A stretch of 64,000 nt of DNA, taken from assembly GCA_038087875.1 (NCBI GenBank), contig CM075996.1, positions 1,366,001 through 1,430,000 of the forward strand. The letters are read 5' to 3'. The DNA is from Malacoraja senta. Taxonomy: Eukaryota. Position 1 is the stretch's first letter. The number at the start of each line of letters is the position of its first letter. Made by a program: the position numbers and the translations under genes. Shown here one piece after another: positions 1-11,309 of the stretch. Below the pieces are notes generated by a model. That model was not told where the DNA came from. It made no database searches and worked only from the letters and a program-made list of their open reading frames with translations.

Positions 1-569
1 GCACGTCTTGGGGATTTGGGAGGAAACCCATGCAGCCACAGGGAGAACGTACAAACTCCACAAAGACAGCACCCACGGTCAGGAACAAAGTTGATTGCCA
101 GGGATTACAATATCAATTAAGAGTTCAGACGTTTTGGATGAAGATGAGTAATTTGTGCATTTGGAGATGATTATACCTGTATTCCTACCCAAGAGGATTG
201 TGGATACTGATTTGTTGAGGAAATATGATTTGAAGGGCATTAAGGAATATGAGGTAGTTTGGAATAAGGTGGGTGGTTGAAATGACATTAAATTATTCTT
301 TATGTAACAAGATTATATGATCTGGTCTGTATCGCTGCTGTTTGTGTGGGCAAACTGTGCAAATTGGCTACAGTTTGCTCCAACACTACCTACACTTTGA
401 AACCATCAAAGTGCTCCGTGGCCTAGAAAAGTGGGTTATAAATGCAAGCTTTTGTTCTTGGAAGGTTAAATTTGATTATTTCTCACAACCACTCCCATAC
501 GCACCACTCCTTTGCAATTAGTCCGCTGAGCTTATCAGAGGGAGAAAAATGTGCATTCATTTGAAGTAT

Positions 570-1007
570 CACGCAGTGGGTAAAGCCGCTGCCTCTCAGC
601 ACTAGGGTGGGAGATTGCAACCTTCACGTGGTCCAACCTGTTACAACGAATGCAATCAACCTGGCGTGCACAATTAAGTAAGATCAAATAGAACAAGTTG
701 TCCTACAACTTTAGGCTGTGCACGCCATACGCAAGAAGAAGAAGAAGGACTAGAGAGCCTGGTTCAATCCTGACCTCGGGTGCTGGCTGTGTGGAGTTTG
801 CAAGATCTCCTGGTGATCACGTGGGTTCCCGCAGGGTGCTCCGGTTCCCTCCCATATCCCAAAGGCGTGAGGGCCCTCAGTGAGTTGTCCCCGGTGCCTA
901 CATGAGTGGCGGAATCTGGGGCAGAGAGAGCGTAGGATTGGTGTAAATGGGTGGTGATGGTCCGTATGGACTCGGTGGGCCGAGGGGTCTGTTTCCGTGC
1001 TGTAACT
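570..1007 (+). mobile_element. HE1-type V-SINE interrupted by a short retroposon
   Basis: tRNA-like head, V-domain (gtggagtttgca...gggtgctccggttccctccca) and CR1-like tail (ctcggtgggccgagggg...tttccgtgctgta). Confidence 0.8.
606..748 (+). mobile_element. ~140-bp (AAG)n-tailed short retroposon, unclassified (possibly RTE-dependent)
   Basis: Flanked by the direct repeat ACTAG (601-605, 749-753); homologous copies at 61462-61589 (-) and 61721-61860 (+). Confidence 0.75.
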
Positions 1008-1158
1008 ATATTTGGGGAAACATCCAAATCTCGGTCACAATTGAAATCTTCATATGAGAGGCAAAAGCAAAATGTAGAACATTCTGGAAATGTGAAAGAA
1101 AATAAATATCAGTCCAAATAGATTGATGCTTCAACTTGACTATCTTCTCACAACTTCT

Positions 1159-1289
1159 GTCTGAAGAAGGGTTTCGCCCCGAAACGTTGCCTATTTCCTT
1201 CGCTCCATAGATGCTGCCGTACCCGCTGAGTTTCTCCAGCAATTTTGTCTACCTTCGATTTTCCAGCATCTGCAGTTCGTTCTTGAACA
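1159..1289 (+). mobile_element. Short Penelope-like terminal unit with hammerhead-like core
   Basis: 14-bp TSD TTCTCACAACTTCT (1145-1158, 1290-1303); begins gtCTGAAGAagggtttcgccccGAAAc. Confidence 0.8.
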
Positions 1290-2189
1290 TTCTCACAACT
1301 TCTCTTGTCACAGACCAGAGTCTTTTCATTTTTTTTGTTTTGCTTTCACACGATAACAGAAAGTTGGAATCTATCCCAGCCTTGGGTTTTCCACCATTTT
1401 CTCCTGCTGATCTTCTGTTCATTGTTCAGTTGCGTGCCCCCAATTAATCTATTAAAATATGAGAAGTTTTGCATGTTAACGGCGGTTGTTAAAACCACAG
1501 TGATCTCAACATGCATTAGTGTTTACTTGTACCAATGACATTCCTGGTCTCAGAACCCGACCAAAAAAAGAAGCCTTTGTCTCTAAACCCACATGATGCA
1601 GACTGCTCATTTTGGGAAGTGCTTTTGTCTTTTATGACATTGAACAACTGGTTAAAAAAGGCGTATTTCTATTTTCATTCCATAAATATATTGGTGTCTG
1701 CAGCATCTAAATGACCTGGCCATACCATTCCCTATAATCGAAAACTGCAATGCTTGGAGCACTCTGTTTTTTACACCAGTAAGCCCTCACATCTTTCATC
1801 TCATTTTTCTTCTCCAGTCTTCCCTGCTCTTTATGTCCCTCTCTCCTGCAGGAAAAACAACTGTTACTACGTCTGAAACTCTAGCTTCTAACCCCCCCCT
1901 TTATCCTCTTTGACACAATTCTCTTTATAATGTGATTTTCTCTAACATGGGGTTTCTGGGGGGGGGGGGGGCACAACTATCACAGATTGGAAAATATCAT
2001 AAAACAACTATTGTGAAAGCAAAATATTAAAATTAATATTAAAAAAATATTTTTTTAAAAAAAGTTTTAGTTTTCGAGTTACAGCGCAGAAACAGGCCCC
2101 TTAGTCAGGATTGAACCCGGGTCTCTGGTGCTGTAAGGCAGCAACTCTAATGATGTGCCACCCTAGATAAGGGGATTGATAATGCACAG

Positions 2190-4030
2190 TACTCCAGGTG
2201 TGACCTCACAATTTCACGGTATAATTACTTCTAAACTCCAATCCTTTTTGAAACAAAGGGCAATTTGCTTTCCTCACCACTTTATGCACCTGCCTGCTAA
2301 CTTCCTGCAATTTGTGCTCATGAACACCTCACTCATGTGCAATCTTTCTCTATCTGGATAATAGTCTCTTTAGATTCCACTTCACAAAGGGCATGACTTC
2401 ACATTTTCCTCACATTAAACTCCATTGACGCGAGTATTTTTCCATTCACTCAACCTATCTGTATCTCGTTGCAGAATCTAAATAGCCTGTTGCATCTTGC
2501 CCTCTCGCCTATTTCACTATCCTTGGCACACCTGGACACTTTACACTTGCCCGCCTACTCCAGGTCATGAATATGAATGGCAAACTGAAGCCAAGAAATG
2601 ATCCTTGCAGCCTGAAAACGACATGGTTATTCCCACTGTCTACTGCTTGATAACCAATTGTCATCCCCTGCATTTATTTCCCCCTGTGCTCCCTCTTATC
2701 TGATGAATTGAATACATTTTTATTTTATGCACCAGCCTTTTATGCAGCATCTTGTCAAATGCCTTTTGAAATCCAAATACATTAAAACTCTAGGTTCCTC
2801 CTTATCGACTTTGTTTGATACATCTCAAAGAATTCAAGAAAATATGTCAAACATGATTTGCGTTTCACGAGACAAAATTGACCAGATTTGACACTATTGA
2901 GCTGTGAAGGACTAGCTACATTTTCCTTAATTATGGACTCCAGAATCTTGCCGATACATACATCACAAGGTTATAGTTATCTGTGCCTTGTCTTCTTTCT
3001 TTAGGGTGTCACATTTGCAGTTTTATATCTGCCGGTAAAATCCCTGACTTAAACTTAAGAAAAGTTCAAGCACTGACTCCATTCTCTCTGCAGCCACTTC
3101 TGTTAACACTAGTGTGCAGGTCATTGGGACCTGGCAATGTCTGCCTTTGGTCTGGAGACACAAGGAAATGCAGATGCTAAGATCTTGAGCAAAATTAAAG
3201 TGCTGGAGAACCAGGCAGCATCAGTTGAGGCAATAGACACATGTCATTTCAGACTCGAGAAGGGTCCCGACCACAAATGTGCTGAGTTCCCCCAGCGCTT
3301 TGTCTTTAATCACTAAAGTTTTTAGTTTTTCCTATAGAGGTCTACCACCGATTGGTTCCTTATCCGTGTTGCCGGACCAACAAAGGTCACGGCCTCCAAG
3401 AGAAGTCAAACGGTGCTGGAACGTTTCGCCTATGCCGGTGGGGGGGGGGGGGGGAGATACCGCCCGCAAAGTCGGCCTCGGAAGTCGGCTATGGGAACGG
3501 ATCTGCCGGCTCTGGCTGGGTGGAGTTCCAGAGCCCTGGCCGTAGGGGGTCAAAAACCCGGCCTAGGACCTCAAATGTACTCTCGTAACTTTGTCCAGAA
3601 TAAAGGTGGCACCGGACTATCAGTTGCCGAAAAATCAATGGTGGACCTGTACACGATAGTCCTTCCCATGTGTTTGAAACTTGCCCGTTAGATAGCTTGA
3701 AATATTTGGAGTACCCTTCACCATGAAGTCTAATGCAAAATATTGCTTTAACTCATCTGCTGTCTCCTTGTATCCATTATTCATTCCTCTTCCTTGCCCT
3801 CTAGAAGTTCCACACTTGGCTAATCTCTCCTTTTGTATATATTCACAGAAACCTTTGCTGTTGATATTACTTGGCAGCTTTCTCTGATAATCAATTTTCT
3901 TTCCCCTCATTAACTTTTTATTAACACTACTGGTTCTTATAAAATTCCTACTCCTGCTCTACCACTAATACGTATGCTTTAGTCCTTGATTTAAAATTTT
4001 CCTTGACCTCCTTGGTTAACCACAATCCTT
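2190..4030 (-). mobile_element. Old degenerate CR1 LINE fragments, interrupted by later insertions at about 3150-3690
   Basis: Minus-strand translation at 3635-3910 (NINSKGFCEYIQKER...ETADELKQYFAL) resembles the CR1 ORF2 at 56111-58027; decayed RT-like DNA upstream; boundaries approximate. Confidence 0.55.
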
Positions 4031-4642
4031 GCTAATATATCATCAGCGTGTCTGTTCAGGGATTGGTAATGGCTACTTGATTAATGAAGGTATGAGAATT
4101 GAGCTACTTTCTGTTCTTGCTAAAGTGACTTGCTGAATGAGTGTACACTCCCAGACTGACTATTTTATTTTATGTATCACCCCTGCCTTTTTCCATTGTG
4201 TCATCTTTTCTCTTAAGACCTTCCTGCGTGGTGCCTTGGGACCTTCAGATATGTTCTCATCCACGATTGCCTCTGTGCAAATGAAAATCCAACAGTGGTG
4301 TGTGGCGGCTGCACAGAATTAGCAGCAGCGTGTCAAGGTTTCTTGCACAACTCTGCAGAAACCTGCTGCTTCTTCTGCCTGCAAGGTCATGACAGCAGGT
4401 GCACGGATGTGCCACCCTCCCATTCACACTCTGTCCTGCCTGTTCCTGCATTGTCACAGTCATGTCAACACTCCCTCCTCTCCCAGCACATTCACTGTTC
4501 AGACACAAGGAACTGCACATGCTGGAATCGCAAGAAGCACAAAGTGCGGGAGTAACTCAACAGGTCGTGCAGCATCAGTGGAGAATATGGATAAGCGCCG
4601 TCGTTTCGGCATCTTCTTCAGACTGAAGAAGGGTCTCGACCC

Positions 4643-4970
4643 AAATCATTGCCTATCCATGTTCTCCACAGATGCTGCCTGACCCGCTGAGTTACTCCAG
4701 CACTCGGTGAATCGTCACCTATCCATGTTCTCCACATATGCTGCTTTACCCGCTGAGTTACTCCAGCACTCTGTGAAACTTCACCTATCCATGTTCTCCA
4801 CAGATGCTGCCTGACCCGCTGAGTTACTCCAGCACTCTGTGAAACGTCACCTATCCATGTTCTCCACAGATGCTGCCTGACCTGCTGAGTTACTCCAGCA
4901 CTATGAAACGTCACCTATCCACGTTCTCCACAGATGCTGCCTGACCCGCTGAGTTACTCCAGCACAGTGT
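4643..4970 (+). repeat. Tandem array of about 5 x 66-bp Penelope-end-derived units
   Basis: Unit aaacgtcacctatccatgttctccacagatgctgcctgacccgctgagttactccagcactctgtg; preceded by a hammerhead-like core at 4623 and an inverted copy at about 4500-4622. Confidence 0.9.
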
Positions 4971-5196
4971 GCTTAACATTCAGCATCCATCCTGGACTGT
5001 AGCTGTCCAAGCAAGAGACCTATCTCAAAGAAAATGGACAGTCGACAGCAGAGGCTGCCTTCCTTAGTGTGGTTACATCTGTGAATAAATTTAAAAAGAA
5101 ATCTGGTTGCGCTTTTGCTGATGAATGAATAAGCAAAGTGCTGCAGTAATTCAGAGGGTCAGGCAACATCAGTGGAGGGAATGGATAGATGATCTT

Positions 5197-5574
5197 AGAT
5201 GGACACAAAAAGCTGGAGTAACTCAGCGGGGACAGGCAGCATCTCTGGAAAGAAGGAATGGGTGACACTTCGAAGGCCGAGACCCTTCTTCAGACTGATG
5301 TCAGGAGAGTGGGCGGTACAGAGATAAAATGTGGTTGAGACAGTAAGACTGGTAGGAAAACTGGGAACGGGGAGGGGATGGAGAGCGAGGCATAGCAAGG
5401 GCTACTTGAAGTCAATGTTCATACCGCTGGGGTGTAAGCTACCCAAGCAAAATATGAGGTGCTTATCCTCCACTTTGCGTTGGGCCTCTCTCTGACAATG
5501 GAGGAGGCCCAGGACAGAAAGGTCAGTGTGGGAATGGGAGGGGGAGTTAAAGTGTTGGGCAACCGGGAGATCAG
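5197..5574 (-). mobile_element. Penelope-like element 3' fragment (GIY-YIG C-terminus plus terminal repeat)
   Basis: Reverse complement of 6935-7285; frameshifted endonuclease C-terminal coding sequence. Confidence 0.8.
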
Positions 5575-5634
5575 TGGATCGGTGATCCTTCTACACGTTG
5601 CTAATGAGTGGTTTATTTCCAATGTTGGCTGCAG

Positions 5635-5764
5635 GTGACACTGGCACAGATCGAGGTAGACGTGGCCTGGACAGACTTCGTCAGCCATGCCGCTGAGGGC
5701 GAGTGGCAGAAAATCGCTCCGCTCCGTGTGCTCAGCTTCGACATTGAATGTGCCGGCAGGAAGG
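5635..5764 (+). CDS. POLD1: POLD1 coding exon (equivalent to human exon 8), Exo I motif
   Basis: cag|GTGACA...AAGG|gtgagt; 130 bp; [44 protein letters not shown]. Confidence 0.97.
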
Positions 5765-5829
5765 GTGAGTTATTAAAAAACTACAACACTGCCTGTTACG
5801 TGGACAGCTGCAGTCCAGGGTGGACGCTG

Positions 5830-6312
5830 CAGACAGTGTAGAGAAGATTCATGAGGATGTTGCCAGGACTCGTGGGCACGAGCTGTAGGGAGACTATAGT
5901 TGAGCAGGTTATTACATTATTCCTTGGCGTGCAGGAGAATGAGGGCTGATCTTACAGGGGTGTATAAGATCATGAGGGCAATAGACAGGGTGAATGCACA
6001 GAGTCCTTTGTCAAGAGTGGGGGAAGTAATGGACCAGACAACATAGGTTTAAGGTGAGGGGGGAAAGGTTTAATAGGAACCTGATGGCAAATCCATTACA
6101 CAAAGGGTGGTATGTTTCTAGAAAGAGCCACCGGAGGAGGTAGATGAGGCAGGTACTATCACAACATATAAAAAACATTTGAAAAGGTTCATGAAGAGGA
6201 AAGGTTGTGAGGGATACGGGTCAAACGCAGGCAGGTGGGACCAGTGCAGATGGGGCATGTTGGTTGGCATGGGCAAGTTGGGCTGAATATGTTTCCATAC
6301 TCTATGACTCTA
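5830..6312 (+). mobile_element. CR1 LINE 3' fragment
   Basis: Homologous to the C-terminal coding part of the CR1 at 56111-56600; tail tctatgactcta. Confidence 0.75.
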
Positions 6313-6934
6313 AATGTTTGTTTTCGAAGCCTCCTTTCACATAGTGTGTATCATGCGGATTCAGTGCTTCCACACCTCAACAAAAAATGTCCTGAAATAG
6401 AATCCCAAATTACCTGTAATTTGATGGTATTTCCTGTAATTTTCAAAACTGCTTCCTGCGTGCTATTTGTTGTTATATATATTTTTTTGCGGGCACACGT
6501 TAACAACACAAAGAAGAACAAGGCAAAACAGATCTCTGTAACTACACCGTATCTGCCTACATCTGTTACTTACTTGTACAGTGTTATCAAGGCAGCTTTC
6601 ATTTTCATTTCATTTTCATTTTCAACCTGCTCTCATGTGTCATGTCTCATACTCTGCCTCTCCAACTCTCTCCTTCCCATTTCCCTAAAATTACCTGAAA
6701 ACAATCAGAATTTCGGGTAATTTCCTTCAAAGTGGAAACACTGTTCGGATTAGCAGCCAAACCATGTACACGTCACGTTAGAAAAGCTCCCTTCATTTTT
6801 GTCTGAAGATGACTAGTATTGGTTAAAGAAATTGCAGTAATAAATGCCTACTCCCGTAGAACTCACTTCTTGTCCTGTCCACCCTTCCTGGTATTGCCTG
6901 GGGGCATTATTATGGTCAAAATGTCTTAAACAAG

Positions 6935-7285
6935 CTGATCTCCCGGTGGCCCAGCACTTCAACTCCCCCTCCCATTCCCATTCTGACCTGGGCCTCCTCC
7001 ATTGTCAGAGTGAGGTCCAGTGCAAATTGAGGAACAGCACCTCATATTTCGCTTGGGTAGTTTACACCCCAGCGGTATGAACGTTGACTTCTCTAACTTC
7101 AAGTAACCGTCCCTCTCTCTCTTCATTCCTCCCTCCCTCCGTCCAGTTCTACCACTAGTCCCACTGTCTCCGCCTACATTCTTTCTTTGTCCCGTCCCCT
7201 CCCCTGACATCAGTCTGAAGAAGGGTCTCGACCCGAAACGTCGCCAATTCCTCTTCTCCATAGATGCTGCCTGACCCGCTGAGTT
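6935..7285 (+). mobile_element. Penelope-like element 3' fragment
   Basis: DLPVAQHFNSPSHSHSDLGLLHCQSE...EEQHLIFRLGSLHPSGMNVDFSNFK* (GIY-YIG C-terminus-like), then CTGAAGA-stem-GAAACGTC at 7215-7242. Confidence 0.8.
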
Positions 7286-9590
7286 TCTCCAGCATTTGAT
7301 GTCTGCATTAGTGTGGTCGTTCCTCAGCCCGACAGGGAGAGCAAACAGAGAGAGCAGCTCCTGTCACCATCCAGCGTGAGTGTTGCTCGGATTCAGGCGG
7401 CCTGCCAACACATAAACCCCTCACTGCCAGACCCCAGCCATGGCCCACGTTCACTGTGCCAACCAGCAGATTGCAATGGCTGATGCCTGCCTAACACCAG
7501 CACTCGCAGGTTGCCTCTCCATTCCGGGCCATGAATGATTCTTTGCACTGATTGCACAAAGATTATTTAGCAGAAGGCTATGACTTGCATTAGGCTCCCA
7601 ACATGGTGGCATACAGCAGTAGGGGAGGCAGGGGTTTGTTCTGCGTTCATGGCACAAGAGTATGTAGTCTGAACAGATATATCTTGCAGTATGAGGTGCA
7701 CTTGCCCTGAACATTTGAGCTGGAGGACTAAGAATAATCACTGCCCTGGAGGCTAGTGCTAACTGCAGTATCGGTGTACATCCAAGAGTCAAGAGAGTTT
7801 AATTGTCAGATGTACCGGTAATGGAAATTCATACTTGCTGCAGCTTTACAGGTCTATTAACACAATAACACACAATAAATTTACAATAATCAATGATACA
7901 ATAAATTAATAATCAGTAATACTCAGTAACCAGCCCATAATAGTGCTGAAACTGAAGTCTGTAGAGCAACCAAAACAGTGTCTGTGTCTGCCAGTGTAGC
8001 TGTTGTCCCCTCCCTCATCGCCCGCCCCCCCCCCCCCCCCCGCACCCAGCCAAAACTCTAATCATTGCTGTGTTTGAGATCAGCACAGAATTGGACAGGA
8101 AGAATATGATAAGGCACTCTTGAATAAATATTCGAGAGCAAGATGTGCCCAGGGGATGGAATTAATCCTTTTGCCCAAATAATTGGATTTCTCTAACAAA
8201 TTACTGGCAGAGGCTTAATCATTTCTATCTGTGCTTATAGATCTCTTTGTTCATACATTGGTTGATGCTTTCCCAAGTAATGTTCACTCAAGTGGAGCAT
8301 AAACCTTTATACTGAGTTGTTGTGGAGTTGCAAGAAAGGAAAGATGCCTGTTATGCAAAGGACTTTGTTCCTTTTTGAGTGGATGTCTCTCATCTCATAA
8401 GGTCAGAAGTGATAGTAGAATTAGGCCATTCGGTCCACCAAGTCCACTCTGCCATTCAGTCATGGCTGATCTATCTCTCCCTCCTAACCCCATTCTCCTG
8501 CCTTCTCCCCATATCCTCTGACGCCCGTATTAATCAAGAAATCTCAGGGCCATCTATCTCTGTAAAATATGTAAACATGGGTGTGATAATGTAACCTATC
8601 AAATGATGAAAGAGCTGCTGATTTGCAGAAAAAATATTTTTTTCACCCACTGACCCCTATTCCATTACTGCTTTAGTTTGTGTAGGAAGGAACTGCAGAT
8701 GCTGGTTTAAACCGGTTTAATGCTGGAGTAACTCAGCGGGTCAGACAGCATCTCTGGAGAGAAGGAATAAGTGACATTTCGGGTCAAGACCCTTAGTTTT
8801 GTTGGCTTGAGACTTGTGGTGTATTGAGAAGCCATTGGTTTGTTCTCCATTATCTGGAGATGCTGCTCCATCAGTAACTGTTCAGCCTTGGGCACCACAA
8901 TAGCAGGAAGCTGAGGCCAGCACTCTCCAGCTCTGGAAATCTGGGATCAGCGATCCTGAAGTCACTCGCTAGCTTTAAAGCGTGACAGAAACTAATAGAC
9001 TGCTATAAACTGCTCCCTCCCAGCTCCAGTGACCTGGGATCCAACCCGATCACCCAGTGCTGTCTGTGTGGAGTTTGCACGTACTCTTTGTAACTGGGTG
9101 GGTTTTCTCCAGGTGCTCTGGTTTCCTTCTGCACCCAAAGACGTACAGCGTTAGTTGGTTTTAAGATGTAGATGGATGGTCAAACCTGGAGGGAAATCAT
9201 TGTAATTTTGGAGATTAAAATGAAGGGATTAGTGTAGGTCCAACATAAGTGGGTACTTGATGGCTGTGGTGGGTCCAAGGGCTTGGTTCTATGTTTTATT
9301 GCACTTATGAATCTAAGAATGAGGGATGGTTTTATTGAAGGGCAAGGTTCTGAAGGAGCTTAACAGGGATTGCTGTGAGATTGCTTCCCCCTCATGAAAT
9401 AAGGGGAGCACAATTTCAGATGAAGAACTTCAGTGGTTTCAATGATCTCTTTGTTTTCATGTGTACCAAGGTACAATGACATTCTTTATTTGCATACAGA
9501 TCAGTGAGATTATTGCCATATATAAGTACAATCCCCATCTACTTTCTGCTTCTTGTGCAACTGCATCTGACTCCATGGTGTTTTGTCCAG

Positions 9591-9757
9591 GTATTTTCCC
9601 GGAGGCTGACAAGGACCCTGTGATACAGATTGCCAACATGGTGCTGCGGCAGGGGGAGAAAGATCCCTTCATCCGTAACGTCTTCACCCTCCGGTCTTGT
9701 GCCAGCATTGTCGGGTCGCAGGTCTTCTGCTTCGAGAATGAGAACGAGCTTCTGAAG
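9591..9757 (+). CDS. POLD1: POLD1 coding exon (equiv. exon 9)
   Basis: cag|GTATTTTCC...CTGAAG|gtatga; 167 bp; IFPEADKDPVIQIANMVLRQGEKDPFIRNVFTLRSCASIVGSQVFCFENENELLK; phase matches the previous exon. Confidence 0.97.
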
Positions 9758-11309
9758 GTATGAGATCTGACGGTGGAAGTGTTTGGAGGCCAAATAGGAT
9801 TAGCCCAAAATGCCAGTTTAGTCAGCATGGACTAGGTGGGCTGAAGGGTCTTTTGGGTTGTCAGCACTGGTTGGAAACCTCATCCTGAACTTGAGATAAA
9901 CACAAAATGCTGGAGTAACTCAGCGGTACAGGGAGCATCTCTGGAGAGAAGGAATGGGTGACATTTCGACCCTCAATCTGAACTTTGTTTGCGACTCAAG
10001 TAGGCAGCTGGAGAGAGCTAGAATTTGCATATGTCTGCTCTATGCAGCATTGGTGGTGCATTGCAGACTAGGCTTTGCTCGTGTTTTCTCAGCAACTATA
10101 TATACCCCCGCCCCTCTTTGTTTAATATACGTGCTCAATAACATACACTTTGTGCAAACACTGCTGATGGAGAACTGATCAGTTTCCCCAAGAGGCAGAT
10201 TTTAATGGTCCACATTTTGGAATGCAGAGACATTCATGCCAAAAAAAAATCTCTTGCGGTTTTGTATCTGAAATCTGTCCACTTTTAGATCTCATCAGCT
10301 AGTGTGTTAATCAGACAAATTTACATAGAAGGTGGTTGCTGCACACATGACTAAGCATGCACTTCTCTTCCATTCAGTGGAGGTGGAGGGGAAAATTGGT
10401 TTGATTCTGGGTGATCACGTTTTTTGTCTTACCAAGTGCCTCATAGTGAAGTGGTTATTGTTCTAGACCAGTGACTGAGGTTCAAATCTCACCACAACGA
10501 GCATTGAAATTGAATTCAATAAATCAAGTAATTTGGTCTGCTACTCATGGAAGAAATTGACCATGAAAGTTACAGGTCTCTTCACTAGAACGAAAAATTA
10601 CCATCGTTGCTCCGTCTTGCCTATCCAGGACTCCCTAGTTGACACTAAATGACTCTTGAAATGGTTCAGCAAACCACACTGTTATGGATGGACAATAACG
10701 TTACCTTGGACACACAAGGAACCGCAGGTACTGGAATCTTGCTAAATCAGCGGATCAGGCAGCATCTCTGCAGGACATGGATAGGTGACGTTTTGGGTCG
10801 GGAACCTTCATCAAACTGATGAAGGGTACTGACCTGAAATGTCATCTATGCAGAGTGTTTCATGCTGGAGATAGACACAAAATTCTGGAGTGGCTCAGTG
10901 GGTCAGGCAACATCTCTGGGGAAAAGGAATAGGTGATGTTTTGGGTCGAGACCCTTCTTCAGACACTTTAGCAGTTTTCTTGCTGGGCTGGCCAACATTC
11001 TGCCAGCCTATATTACCAAAATTAAAATGAAGACAACATATATTATATCAACACTGCACGACTTTCTGAACAGGATGTGCATATCACGGTGGGGATCTGG
11101 AACAGAAGGTTATAAGCGGTGGTTCTCCGGGTACTTTCAAGAGAGAGCTAGATAGGGCTCATAAAGATAGCGGAGTCAGGGGATATGGGGAGAAGGCAGG
11201 AACGGGGTACTGATTGGGGATGATCAGCCATGATCACATGGAATGGCGGTGCTAGCTCGGGGCCGAATGGCCTGCCCCTGCACCCATTGTCTATTGTCTA
11301 TTATTGTCT

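Noticed and set aside
1..5634. POLD1 exon 7 upstream, and exon 23 in 58806-64000
   Set aside because: I found no sequence encoding the expected FMVD..IVGCNW or DP..VLE...PID..YYLEQQL peptides. These exons are presumed to lie outside the window.
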